From Candidatus Hydrogenedentota bacterium (lineage in GTDB: Bacteria; Hydrogenedentota; Hydrogenedentia; Hydrogenedentales; GCA-2746185), in assembly GCA_046583315.1 (NCBI GenBank), contig JAYGCN010000049.1, positions 1-64,000 of the forward strand: a stretch of 64,000 nt of DNA, given 5' to 3'. Both the position numbers and the translations under genes were made by a program. The notes beneath the pieces were generated by a model, which did not search any database, was not told the origin of the DNA, and worked only from the letters and a program-made list of their open reading frames with translations. This document shows positions 9,023 through 18,648 of this stretch, in pieces (the first letter of the stretch is position 1; each line of letters begins with the position of its first letter).

Positions 9023-10741
9023 ATGAGATTTTTTTTACCTTTGCTCATGGGCGCTACACTTTTTAGTGGTTGCGCTTCGACGCCTTCTACTGCGCAGACC
9101 GGTGAATTGGAGGTTGTCCGTAAGAGTAGCGCTGAAACGCGTGATCAAGCGGAGGCGATCAATAAGTATCTGATGTCGCTGGTGCACCTGCGCCGCGGCG
9201 ATTTTGATATGGCCATTAGCGACTTGCGAGACGCGGCCGACCTTGACGAGGATTCTACGACGCTTCAGTTGCGCTTGTTGGCTTTCTATTATCGCGAGGG
9301 TGATTACAAGAACGCAGCCACGATGGCTGAGCGCGCACTAAAGGTGGAGCCTGAGAGCGTCACGTTGCACATTTGGCTTGGGCGCATTTATTCGCAGTTG
9401 GGCGAGGTGGATAAATCGACGGCCATGTTCGAAAAGGCGATAGAACTGGACCCGGACAGCACGAACGCTTATGAAGCATTGGTGGAGATCGAAGAGGATT
9501 CGAATGATCTTGTCGGTGCGGTTACAGTCTACGAAGCGATGCTGAAGCGTACGCCTGACTCCCCTCTTCTGCACTATCGTCTGGGTGTCAATTTGATGGA
9601 AATGAATGATGCAGAGGGCGCCCGTCGATCGCTGGAGCGGGCGGTCGAACTGGACCCGAAACTGGCTCCGGCTCGCTACATTCTCGGTGTCATTTACATG
9701 GATATGGAATTGTGGGATTTGGCCGAACAGACCTTTGTCGCGTTTTTGCGGGACAATAATGGGCATGCGCCGAGTTTGGAGAATCTCGCGAGTGTTCAAG
9801 CGCGAAAAGGGCGTTATGATCGGGCGTATGCAATCCTGACGGAGATTATCGAGAGCGCGAATGTGGATGTGGGGCATCATATTCAGCGCAGCTATGTGTA
9901 TCTTCATGATCCCGATGTGGAAGCGAATTTTATTGCTTCGGCACCGAACGATGCGCCATTGCTGGGCACGGTGTTGCAGATGATGGCGCGTCGTGAGAAG
10001 GGGGAACCGAATGACTCCATCGCGCGCTCACTGGACTCTGTGGAAGGCGACCTGGACTTTGAATGCAACGTGTATTTGGGCGGTCTGCTTTCGCGGTATG
10101 GCTCTGAAGAGGCGGGCGGCTTTCTCGCTGATCGTATTCAATTGTTATTGAAGGACGGTCATCGTTCGCGTGTGCTGCTGACGGTGATGGGTCGCGCGTA
10201 TTTGTATGCGGATCGACACGAAGAAGCCTTGTCGACGTTTAATGCGGTGCTCGAAGAATACGGCTCGGACAAGTGGACTCATTATTATCTGGCGAGTGTG
10301 CATGAATCGCTTGATCATGCGAAGGAGGCGGAAGAGGAGTTACGCAAAACGCTGGAGCATGATCCGAACGATCCAGATGTCTTGAATTTTCTGGGTTATC
10401 TTCTTGCGGATGAGGATTTGCGGTTGAAGGAAGCGGAGGAGCTGATTGAACGGGCTTTGTTGAACGACCCGGAGAATGGTTTCTATTTGGACAGTTTGGG
10501 TTGGGTGTATTTTCGTCAAGGCAAGGGCGATAAGGCGGTGGAGTACATCAAACGGGCTATTCGTGCAATGAATTCGGATGATGCCGTCTTACGCGATCAT
10601 CTGGGTGATGCTTATTTGCTCAGTGGAGATACGGACAAGGCCGTTGCCGAATGGGAGCGCGCTCGGCGTCTTGATCCGGAGCTGGAAGGTGTTTCAGAGA
10701 AAATCGAGAAGAATCGTTCGAAACGCCGTAAACGCAGTTAA
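9023..10741 (+). CDS. Tetratricopeptide-repeat lipoprotein
   Basis: Lipobox 'LFSGC', many TPRs, C-terminal 'LNFLGY.LAD...YLDSLGWVYF...DHLGD' block. Confidence 0.88.
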   Translation: MRFFLPLLMGATLFSGCASTPSTAQTGELEVVRKSSAETRDQAEAINKYLMSLVHLRRGDFDMAISDLRDAADLDEDSTTLQLRLLAFYYREGDYKNAATMAERALKVEPESVTLHIWLGRIYSQLGEVDKSTAMFEKAIELDPDSTNAYEALVEIEEDSNDLVGAVTVYEAMLKRTPDSPLLHYRLGVNLMEMNDAEGARRSLERAVELDPKLAPARYILGVIYMDMELWDLAEQTFVAFLRDNNGHAPSLENLASVQARKGRYDRAYAILTEIIESANVDVGHHIQRSYVYLHDPDVEANFIASAPNDAPLLGTVLQMMARREKGEPNDSIARSLDSVEGDLDFECNVYLGGLLSRYGSEEAGGFLADRIQLLLKDGHRSRVLLTVMGRAYLYADRHEEALSTFNAVLEEYGSDKWTHYYLASVHESLDHAKEAEEELRKTLEHDPNDPDVLNFLGYLLADEDLRLKEAEELIERALLNDPENGFYLDSLGWVYFRQGKGDKAVEYIKRAIRAMNSDDAVLRDHLGDAYLLSGDTDKAVAEWERARRLDPELEGVSEKIEKNRSKRRKRS

Positions 10742-10765
10742 TGTTTTTTCCAATGGTATTGGTGA

Positions 10766-13303
10766 TTATTTTTCGCGCAGTACGATTTTTTCTCCACGGC
10801 GTAAGACAAGAAGGGTCTTTTCTTTCTGTAGGGTGATCGCATTCTGTGAACGATTGTACTCGGTGATGGACCAGCCGTCGTGAATAATTTCCTGCATAGG
10901 CATCGTTATCTTGGTACCCGCTTGCTCGGGGTCGAGCGTCAAAACTATGGAGAATCGTGGTTGTTGATCGGGGCCTATCATCACGCCTGCCAGCTGCACG
11001 GCTGGTGTTTCCTGCAGTGGCAGCACGGGCTCTGGCTCTGGCATCGTTTCTTCCCGTTCGACGACAGCCGGCTGTGTGGGTAAGGGACTTTCTGGATTCA
11101 CGTGGACAATCGCGGAACCGTCGTCGTCCGGCTGGGCGATGACATCGGATCGGGGATAGTCTACGGAGAAGGTTCGTTCCAGAAGACCGGGGGCGTCTCT
11201 GGGCATAAGAACCATGCGATAGTCACCCGGTGGTAAATCAAACTCTATATCGGCGTATCCGCCGGGTACGACGGATAGGTATGGGTAGGTGGAATCATAT
11301 CCTAGCTGGTCTCCGGTGGGGGATACTTCGCTGTAGGACTGGGCACCAATTTTCTTTTCGATGCCGTAGAGATACGCGTTGCGCGCATCGGTTCGGCGTG
11401 ACACCAAATGAAGCACACGATTTCCTGAATTGGCAATGCGAAGTACGCCGGATTGGCGACCTGTTGCGTCTGAGGTGGAATCGGTCATCAACTCGATGGC
11501 GGGCGCAGGGACATACGAGCCTCTGCCATTCGTGGCTATCCAGACGAGCAACACGAGCGTGACGGCGATGATTGTGCCACCGGCGACGCGGAAGGTGGTC
11601 GCTTTCCCTTTGAGTGATAGACCGGCGCCGATGAGCGTGAGAAGATTGGCGACCATGAGCACGACGATGCCGGGGCGCGCAATCCATACTCCGCCGGATC
11701 GAAAACGATTCGCCATTAAGTCAAGACTGAAATGTGCTTCGTTGATGAGAAATGCCATGAGCAGTGCGGTGATGGACCAAATCGTAAGCACGCTGAAACT
11801 GCGGGCGATCGGATTCACGAGGAAGGTAAGGCCGAGCGTAATCAGTGCGGCAAGAATTGGAAGCATCAGAACCGCGCCGGCGACGCTTCCGGAACTACTG
11901 AAACTGGTAAACGCGCCGATAATGGAGGTGTTGCCGACGACGGGCAGAAATATGCTGAATATCCAGAGTGCCGCGGCAATGCGCAGGAGCATGATCGTGG
12001 TTTGGCTGTGCGAATCACGCCTTCCGCTTGGTCCCAGACGATTCAGAAATGTGCCTTTGGATTCGGGTACGTCTTCGAAGGCATTGGCGTGCGCGTAGCG
12101 TTTTGCCAGCGCGATGCCTTTGAGCAGGTCGGCCTTGGTGCGTCGGGCGTTTTGTTCCAATCGATCGTATTCGGTGCGCGATATCTGGTTCACGCCCATA
12201 CGGTCGCGGGCGGCCTCCATACAGGCCTCCAGCGTATCGCAATCGCTGCGATAATCCTTGGCCAACTGTTCGAGTCGTTGCTGATAGAAGACGACCTGCG
12301 CGCGGGCAATCTTGCGTTGGGCGCGGTTGGTTTCGTAGGCATCGGTTAGCGTGCGTGAATCGGACCCTTCGGAGTTGCTTCGAAGTTTCTTGATTTCGAT
12401 GGCTTCTTTTTCGGCCTTGGAACGATTTCCGAATGCGCGCTTCAGGGCATCTCCGGGACTGTTGAGCAGAACGGCATCGTCCTGGACATAGCTTGGAATG
12501 TTGAAGGTGAAACCCTCGTCCGGAATGTCCGCGATGGCAACGTCCATCAGGCCGCCGGTGGTATAGGGTGAGGTGGTGGCGAGCCAACCGCGTATATTGA
12601 TCTGGCGCCGTTCAAGGCGTTCACGTCGGCTGCGCAGTCGATGGATCGCTTCCTGGAAAACCTCGAAGGGCTCTTCCCCTACGCGTGCGGTGATTTGTGT
12701 TCTGGAAATTTTATCGTGGGTGTTGGCCAGCTCGATGGCCACTTCCATGAGACGCTGGCGCATCTGCTCGCTAAATTCGTCGCGCATTTTCTTGAGACGG
12801 ATTAGATGGCCTTCGGTCTCCGCGATAAGGGTATCGTCTTTGGATTTTTCTTTTTTTAGTGAGGATCGCTTGCGCTGCAGAATGAGCTGAATACTCGTGA
12901 GTCTTCGTAGGGATTCGAGTTCATCGAGAGGCAATGAGCCGCCCACATCTTCGTGAGACAGGTCGGAGGCATCGGCAATATCCAGCTCGGTCACTGGAGT
13001 GGGTTCGTCTTTGGAGGTTTTTTTGGGTGGCTTCTTCGTCGGGGTGACCGCGTCGAGTGCACTCTGGCCATCGCGCGTTTCTTTTTCGATATTGCGTTTC
13101 TTTTTTACCTTGCGCAGCAGATGCGGGTGATCTTTGAGGTAAATCTCGGTAATGCCTTCTTCAAGTTCGTCCAGACGGGGCAGGCGAATCTTCTGGCGAC
13201 AGGCGATACACTTTCCGGGCAGACCGTACATGCTGGACTTAACCTTCATCTTTTGGCCGCACACGCAATAGATGCGTAACGAAGATTTAGGCGCGTCTGG
13301 CAT
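10766..13303 (-). CDS. Large hypothetical trans-envelope protein (Zn ribbon, coiled coils, about 5 TM, periplasmic domains)
   Basis: 845-aa ORF with 'CVCG...GKCIAC', long helical region, hydrophobic block, Pro-rich linker and C-terminal beta domain. Confidence 0.85.
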   Translation of the reverse strand: MPDAPKSSLRIYCVCGQKMKVKSSMYGLPGKCIACRQKIRLPRLDELEEGITEIYLKDHPHLLRKVKKKRNIEKETRDGQSALDAVTPTKKPPKKTSKDEPTPVTELDIADASDLSHEDVGGSLPLDELESLRRLTSIQLILQRKRSSLKKEKSKDDTLIAETEGHLIRLKKMRDEFSEQMRQRLMEVAIELANTHDKISRTQITARVGEEPFEVFQEAIHRLRSRRERLERRQINIRGWLATTSPYTTGGLMDVAIADIPDEGFTFNIPSYVQDDAVLLNSPGDALKRAFGNRSKAEKEAIEIKKLRSNSEGSDSRTLTDAYETNRAQRKIARAQVVFYQQRLEQLAKDYRSDCDTLEACMEAARDRMGVNQISRTEYDRLEQNARRTKADLLKGIALAKRYAHANAFEDVPESKGTFLNRLGPSGRRDSHSQTTIMLLRIAAALWIFSIFLPVVGNTSIIGAFTSFSSSGSVAGAVLMLPILAALITLGLTFLVNPIARSFSVLTIWSITALLMAFLINEAHFSLDLMANRFRSGGVWIARPGIVVLMVANLLTLIGAGLSLKGKATTFRVAGGTIIAVTLVLLVWIATNGRGSYVPAPAIELMTDSTSDATGRQSGVLRIANSGNRVLHLVSRRTDARNAYLYGIEKKIGAQSYSEVSPTGDQLGYDSTYPYLSVVPGGYADIEFDLPPGDYRMVLMPRDAPGLLERTFSVDYPRSDVIAQPDDDGSAIVHVNPESPLPTQPAVVEREETMPEPEPVLPLQETPAVQLAGVMIGPDQQPRFSIVLTLDPEQAGTKITMPMQEIIHDGWSITEYNRSQNAITLQKEKTLLVLRRGEKIVLREK

Positions 13304-13585
13304 AAGTTACTCCCAACAACAACAAAGGATCGGCGGAATTCCCTCTCAATTCGTGTGAAAATCCGCATTCTACGTCTTTACTTTGTCACAATTGGGACCT
13401 ATTTACAAGTTAAAGTCCGCGATTTAGAGCTTGTTGCAACACAGGGCTTTATTTTCGCATACGGTTCGGGGCATACTATGCGCTTTCCGGGCGACCGGGC
13501 TACTCATGGTACGGTTCCGGGGGACGATTTCGGGTGAACAATTGGACACGGGCGTCTTGCCTGTAAACCCTATAAAGGCGACTTT

Positions 13586-15094
13586 ATGAACGCGATTCAG
13601 CAGTATTTGGCCGACACACAAACAGACTCCATTGAGCCGGGTATGCTCGGTTATGTGGCGAACCTCACTCAGGTAGCAACGACGGCCCCGGCGATGGCGA
13701 AATCCATTGTGAATGAATTGGCGGATCAGCGTAAAAATCTCAAGCTGATCGCGAGCGAGAACTACTGCAGTTTGGCGACGCAACTGGCGATGGGCAACCT
13801 GTTAACGGACAAGTATGCGGAAGGTTACCCGGAGAATCGGTTTTACGAGGGTTGTGACAACATTGACGGCATCGAATCGTATGCGTGTGAGCAGGCGTGC
13901 AAATTGTTTGGCGCAGAACATGCCTATGTGCAGCCACATTCGGGTGCGGACGCGAATATGATCGCGTATTGGGCGATTCTGACTGCCAAAATTGAAGCAC
14001 CGGCTGTGGCTGAGTTCGGGAAGAAATCCGCCGCGGGATTGACGGAAGAAGAATGGCAGAGCGTGCGTGAAAAACTGGGTAATCAGCGGCTGCTGGGCAT
14101 GGATTTAGCCTCCGGTGGCCATCTCACGCACGGGTACCGCTTCAATGTGTCGGCAAAAATGTTTGAGGCGCACAATTATAGCGTGAGTGAATCGACGCAC
14201 CTGCTGGATTACGATGAAATCGAAGCGCGGGCCAAGGAAGTGAAACCGCTGGTACTGGTGGCGGGATATAGCGCGTATCCACGCCGGATAGATTTCAAAC
14301 GCATGGCGGAGATTGCGCATGGCGTGGGCGCGGTATTTATGGTGGATATGGCGCATTTCGCTGGATTGGTTGCGGGTGGCGTGTTTGAGGGAGACTTTGA
14401 TCCGATTGCGCATGCTGATGTGGTGACGTCGACCACGCACAAGACATTGCGCGGACCGCGTGGCGGCATCGTGTTGTGCAAAAAAGAGTTTGCTGAGTTC
14501 GTGGACAAGGGATGCCCGCTGGTGATCGGTGGTCCTCTCCCCCACGTTATGGCGGCGAAAGGTGTCGCGTTTACGGAAGCGAACCGGCCGGAGTTTAAGG
14601 CGTATGCGCAGCACATCGTTGATAATTGCCAGGCCCTTGCGGAAGCGTGTACGGCGGAAGGCATGGACGTGGTCTCGGGTGGCACAGAGAATCACTTGAT
14701 GCTCATCGATGTGCGGTCGTTCGGCATCACGGGACGGCAGGCGGCAGGTGCCATGATCGCCTGCAACGTCACGCTAAACAAGAATACGATCCCCTTTGAT
14801 CCGAATGGTGCGATTTCGACGAGTGGGCTGCGCATCGGAACGCCCGCAGTCACCACGCTAGGTATGAATGCGGAAGACATGAAAGAAATCGCCTCTATTT
14901 TCAAGCTAATCCTCAGTAATACCTCCGTAGGTGTCATCGCCTCCGGTCCAAACGCCGGAAAACCAAGCAAAGCGAACTTCGTACTCGATGAAGCCGCCCA
15001 GACCCAGGCCCAAGCGAAGGTAAAAACTCTACTCGACCGCTATCCCGTGTATCCAGAACTGGATCTGGCTTTCTTGCAGAAGCAATTTGGGTAG
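13586..15094 (+). CDS. glyA: Serine hydroxymethyltransferase (long form)
   Basis: 'LKLIASENY', 'YAEGYP', 'VQPHSGA.AN', 'GGHLTHG', PLP lysine motif 'TTHKTLRGPRGG'. Confidence 0.97.
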   Translation: MNAIQQYLADTQTDSIEPGMLGYVANLTQVATTAPAMAKSIVNELADQRKNLKLIASENYCSLATQLAMGNLLTDKYAEGYPENRFYEGCDNIDGIESYACEQACKLFGAEHAYVQPHSGADANMIAYWAILTAKIEAPAVAEFGKKSAAGLTEEEWQSVREKLGNQRLLGMDLASGGHLTHGYRFNVSAKMFEAHNYSVSESTHLLDYDEIEARAKEVKPLVLVAGYSAYPRRIDFKRMAEIAHGVGAVFMVDMAHFAGLVAGGVFEGDFDPIAHADVVTSTTHKTLRGPRGGIVLCKKEFAEFVDKGCPLVIGGPLPHVMAAKGVAFTEANRPEFKAYAQHIVDNCQALAEACTAEGMDVVSGGTENHLMLIDVRSFGITGRQAAGAMIACNVTLNKNTIPFDPNGAISTSGLRIGTPAVTTLGMNAEDMKEIASIFKLILSNTSVGVIASGPNAGKPSKANFVLDEAAQTQAQAKVKTLLDRYPVYPELDLAFLQKQFG

Positions 15095-15099
15095 CGCCC

Positions 15100-15131
15100 T
15101 TCTTTTCTTTCTGAGGGAAGAAAGAAAAGAA
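15100..15131. terminator. Inverted repeat between convergent glyA and NRAMP genes (probable bidirectional terminator or REP-like element)
   Basis: Perfect 13-bp stem TTCTTTTCTTTCT-gaggga-AGAAAGAAAAGAA, followed by a second hairpin AGGATAC-ttc-GTATCCT. Confidence 0.55.
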
Positions 15132-15178
15132 AGACCAAAGGATACTTCGTATCCTCACAGAGCGTTGGTCATTCTGGA

Positions 15179-16450
15179 TTAGAACAACGCCCCGACTCGC
15201 ACCCAGCCGATGTAGATACTTAACCCTACGGCGAAAACGTCCGCCACGATGATGGCGATGCCTTTGGGGGAAGTGGGGCTCCAGCCGAAGTAGCCCATGT
15301 CGGGTCGGGTGACGCGCCAGAGCAGGACGATGCCGATGACGGGGAATACGACGGCGAGGAATGCGGAGAAGATGAGGATTTGGTAGACGGGGTTGATGTG
15401 CAGGAGCAGGAGCATCGTGGAGGGGAACCAGAAGAGTACGAGGCAGACTTTGACGGGTTTGCTGTCGAGTTTGATGGGCAGATTGAAGATGTCCATGAGT
15501 GCGTAACACCCTCCGAGCCACCAGCCAACACCAGCGGTCCATGCGGCGAGGAAGAGTCCGGCCAAGAACAGCCACGTGCTTGCGGGACCGGCTAAGGGTT
15601 CTAACAAAATAGATAGATCCATATAGTTGCGCGGTACGATGCCGAAGGGGCGCGCGATGGCGTTGGCTGCAGCCATCAAGGGTAGGGCGACGATTCCTGC
15701 GGCGAGAATTCCCCAGGTGTAGTCGAGTCGCGCGCGGTAGTGGATATTTACCTTTCCTTGTAGATCGTTTGAGAACCATTTTCGTTCGATCATGGTGTAG
15801 GGATAAATGAGGATGAGCCAGGCGTTGATCATGCTGCCGGCGTTGGACATGAACAGGGGCGTCCAGTTGCCTTCGGGGGAATTCGGAATCAATCCACGTC
15901 CTGCTTCTCCCCAGGGGATTCCAACCATAAAAGCGGACGCGAAGAAACAAATGATGAGCGCGACGAGTCCGAAGACGAAAACGCGTTCGATGCTTTTGTA
16001 GGCACCGGTTAGTAGAAAGATGAGGCCTGTCGTAGACGCGATCGCGCCGCCAACTTCGATGGGCAATCCGGGGAAGAGTCCGGCGAAGACCATGGCACAG
16101 GCGTTCCATTGGGAGTAGGAGCCGAACAGTGAGCACACGACGATGGACAGGAACATGTAGATGGAGAAGGCGGGGTGAACGTCTTTGAAGATGGACATGG
16201 GCGATTTGCCGAAGCGCAAGTAGTAACGCACAGACATATCGACCAGGGCCCAGCCAGCGATGCCGAGCACGAGATAGGTCCACCAGAGGCTGAATCCGTA
16301 TTCGGCGCCCATGGAGGTGGCGATGGACACGTCTCCCGTGCCGATATAGAAGGATGCGATGACGGAGCCTGCACCCACGGCGAAAAATCCGCGAAATCCA
16401 AGCGGGGCGGCTTTCAGGCTCCACGGTTTGGTGTTGGTGACATCGCTCAT
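15179..16450 (-). CDS. NRAMP-related divalent metal transporter
   Basis: About 11 TM helices, 'IGTGD...SMGAEYGFSLWW', 'GLIP'. The ATG at 16450 overlaps the upstream stop codon. Confidence 0.75.
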   Translation of the reverse strand: MSDVTNTKPWSLKAAPLGFRGFFAVGAGSVIASFYIGTGDVSIATSMGAEYGFSLWWTYLVLGIAGWALVDMSVRYYLRFGKSPMSIFKDVHPAFSIYMFLSIVVCSLFGSYSQWNACAMVFAGLFPGLPIEVGGAIASTTGLIFLLTGAYKSIERVFVFGLVALIICFFASAFMVGIPWGEAGRGLIPNSPEGNWTPLFMSNAGSMINAWLILIYPYTMIERKWFSNDLQGKVNIHYRARLDYTWGILAAGIVALPLMAAANAIARPFGIVPRNYMDLSILLEPLAGPASTWLFLAGLFLAAWTAGVGWWLGGCYALMDIFNLPIKLDSKPVKVCLVLFWFPSTMLLLLHINPVYQILIFSAFLAVVFPVIGIVLLWRVTRPDMGYFGWSPTSPKGIAIIVADVFAVGLSIYIGWVRVGALF

Positions 16451-17034
16451 GCGCACTCGTCCGGGTCGGTGTCGGTGAACTCGAGTTGGGACGGAACCTT
16501 CCAGGCACCCGGTGTCGCGAAACGACGTAGGGCAACAATGAAGACGAGACACCATGCGGCGCAAATTATCGCGGGCAACATCATGGCCCATTTTGCGGTA
16601 TTTACGACTGGGCCGCGGATGGTTGTCAGTGGGTAGGAAACGGTAACGGACTGGTCATCAGTCGTTGCCGTGATCGAAAAATCGTAGACCTGTCTTTCAA
16701 CATGACCGAGCGCGATGATATTGGTGAATGCGTGGCGAAGTGAATCGTCGGCTGGGATCACAAGCGTGGTTCCTTGGATGATGCCGGGGTCGATCGTGAA
16801 GTGATCGACGTGCAAATCGGGGGGGGTTAAGGCGAGGTGCACGGACTCTTCCGTCGATCCGGAATTCTCTATCGTGATCAGAATGTTTACGGCGCTCTTC
16901 TGCCAAATCCAGTCGGGTGCATAAACCGTTATCGTCAAATCGTTGATGGTTTCGGTGTGGGTCAGCGCCTGGGCGGAAAGACTAATGAAAATAAAACAAG
17001 CGGCAAGGAACGTGCGCGAAAGTTCGGGTCTCAT
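16447..17034 (-). CDS. Exported protein with beta-rich domain and C-terminal TM anchor
   Basis: Signal peptide 'MRPELSRTFLAACFIFISLSAQA', C-terminal TM. Translationally coupled to the NRAMP gene. Confidence 0.7.
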   Translation of the reverse strand: MRPELSRTFLAACFIFISLSAQALTHTETINDLTITVYAPDWIWQKSAVNILITIENSGSTEESVHLALTPPDLHVDHFTIDPGIIQGTTLVIPADDSLRHAFTNIIALGHVERQVYDFSITATTDDQSVTVSYPLTTIRGPVVNTAKWAMMLPAIICAAWCLVFIVALRRFATPGAWKVPSQLEFTDTDPDECA

Positions 17035-17101
17035 GCGTGGCGATCCGGGGAAGGAAAAATAAAGTGGGGACGGGAAGCATTTTTCTGAACCAACGCGTTG
17101 C

Positions 17102-17404
17102 TCATAAGGGCTGCGTCTCAGAGCAACGGTGTGCAACATCCAATCGTTCGTCGAGCAGGTTTCCCTGCATCGTCAGTGCCGTCGAGCTCCGGGTGCTGCC
17201 CTCTGCTTCGACCAACATTGAGTGGTTCCCACCACCGGCGAGTTCATTGGTTTGCCATCTGTTCAGTGCTTCTCTCATCGTGCGTTTTGCGCGATTGCCC
17301 CGATCTTCCCCCGAAGATGTCGAGTGCCTCACAAACTTAAAAACGCTCGAAATTTCGTCCCCACTTTGAGAACGTGCTATTTCGTACGACTTAGGCATTG
17401 TCAT
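17102..17404 (-). CDS. Possible small hypothetical protein
   Basis: 100-aa ORF filling an otherwise empty gap, with TGgTATAGT just upstream. No recognisable motif. Confidence 0.3.
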   Translation of the reverse strand: MTMPKSYEIARSQSGDEISSVFKFVRHSTSSGEDRGNRAKRTMREALNRWQTNELAGGGNHSMLVEAEGSTRSSTALTMQGNLLDERLDVAHRCSETQPL

Positions 17405-17628
17405 AGCGGCGGTACTATACCACTCTTACCCGGAAAAATACAGTGTAAATCCTGAAAAATTTTGTCTCCTGGTTAGAAGTGATTTGCTCTCGATAATCTT
17501 GCGCCGTCGCGTCAACAAATTATGGTTTTTCGAGTTCGGTTTGGTGTTGTCGCCGAGGTGGTACGCCCCCACCTTTCTTTTATATACTGGTCGTTTCCAT
17601 TAACCGATACGCGCATAAGGACATCGCC

Positions 17629-18648
17629 ATGAACTGCTATGAAATACAAGAAGCCTTTGGACTTGAGAATCTTAATCAGACAGAACGGCCCGATCCGACG
17701 GCTGGGCCAGGCCAGGTGCTCATTAAGGTGAAGGCGGTTTCCATCAATTTTAGGGATATTTTGATGGTTCGTGGGCATTACAATCCGCGTCAACCCTTGC
17801 CTTTGATTCCATTTTCGGATGGCGCTGGTGAAGTTGTGGCGGTGGGCGAAGGCGTGACGCGCTTTGAGGTGGGTGACCGCGTGGCAAACTGCTTTTTCCA
17901 GGGCTGGCCGGATGGTACGCCGACGCCGGAGACGGTTTCAGGTACTTCGATGGGTTCGCCGCTGGACGGCATGCTGACGGAACTGGTCGCGTTGAGTGAA
18001 GAGGGTGTTGTGAAGCTGCCGGACCATTTGAGCTTTGAAGAGGGCGCGACGCTTCCGTGTGCGGCGGTGACCGCGTGGAGTTGCCTCTTTCGTCATGGCA
18101 GCGTGAAACCGGGTGACACCGTTTTGGCCTTGGGTACGGGCGGCGTATCGATCTTTACTCTACAGCTCGCAAAAATGGCGGGTGCGAAGGTGATCATTAC
18201 CTCGAGTAGCGATGAGAAACTCGCGCGTGCCAAGGAACTCGGCGCGGACCACGGTGTCAATTATAAAGAAGATGAAAAATGGGCGAAGGCGATTCGCAAG
18301 CTGACGGGCGGACGCGGCGTGGACCATGTTGTCGAAGTGGGCGGTGTCGGTACGCTGGACAACTCGCTACGATCGACCCGTATGGGCGGCCACGTGAGTC
18401 TGGTTGGCATACTTTCCGGAGGTCAAGCTCAATTGAACCTGACTTCGATACTGATGAATGACATCCGCGTGCAGGGTGTATTTGTCGGGCCGCGAAAATG
18501 TTTCGAGGACTTGAACGCTGCGCTCACGGCGCACCAAATCAAACCGGTCGTTGATAAAACCTTCGCCTACGCCGATGCTCGTGATGCCATCGAATTCGTC
18601 GCCAACGGAAGCCACTTCGGCAAGGTTGTGATTGCGGTGAATGATTAG
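17629..18648 (+). CDS. NAD(P)-dependent MDR-family (zinc-type alcohol dehydrogenase-like) oxidoreductase
   Basis: 'SDGAGEVVAVGEGV', 'ATLPCAAVTAW', 'GTGGVS', 'HFGKVVI'. AAGGA SD. Confidence 0.92.
   Translation: MNCYEIQEAFGLENLNQTERPDPTAGPGQVLIKVKAVSINFRDILMVRGHYNPRQPLPLIPFSDGAGEVVAVGEGVTRFEVGDRVANCFFQGWPDGTPTPETVSGTSMGSPLDGMLTELVALSEEGVVKLPDHLSFEEGATLPCAAVTAWSCLFRHGSVKPGDTVLALGTGGVSIFTLQLAKMAGAKVIITSSSDEKLARAKELGADHGVNYKEDEKWAKAIRKLTGGRGVDHVVEVGGVGTLDNSLRSTRMGGHVSLVGILSGGQAQLNLTSILMNDIRVQGVFVGPRKCFEDLNAALTAHQIKPVVDKTFAYADARDAIEFVANGSHFGKVVIAVND

Noticed and set aside
13440..13585. ZTP (pfl), glycine or THF riboswitch upstream of glyA
   Set aside because: The leader is GC-rich, but I could not find the conserved cores (for example GACUGGCG...CGCCUGGGC for ZTP).
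14934..16538. 534-aa alternative-frame ORF overlapping the NRAMP gene
   Set aside because: An Arg/His/Pro-rich shadow frame caused by C-rich codon usage, with no protein-like motifs.
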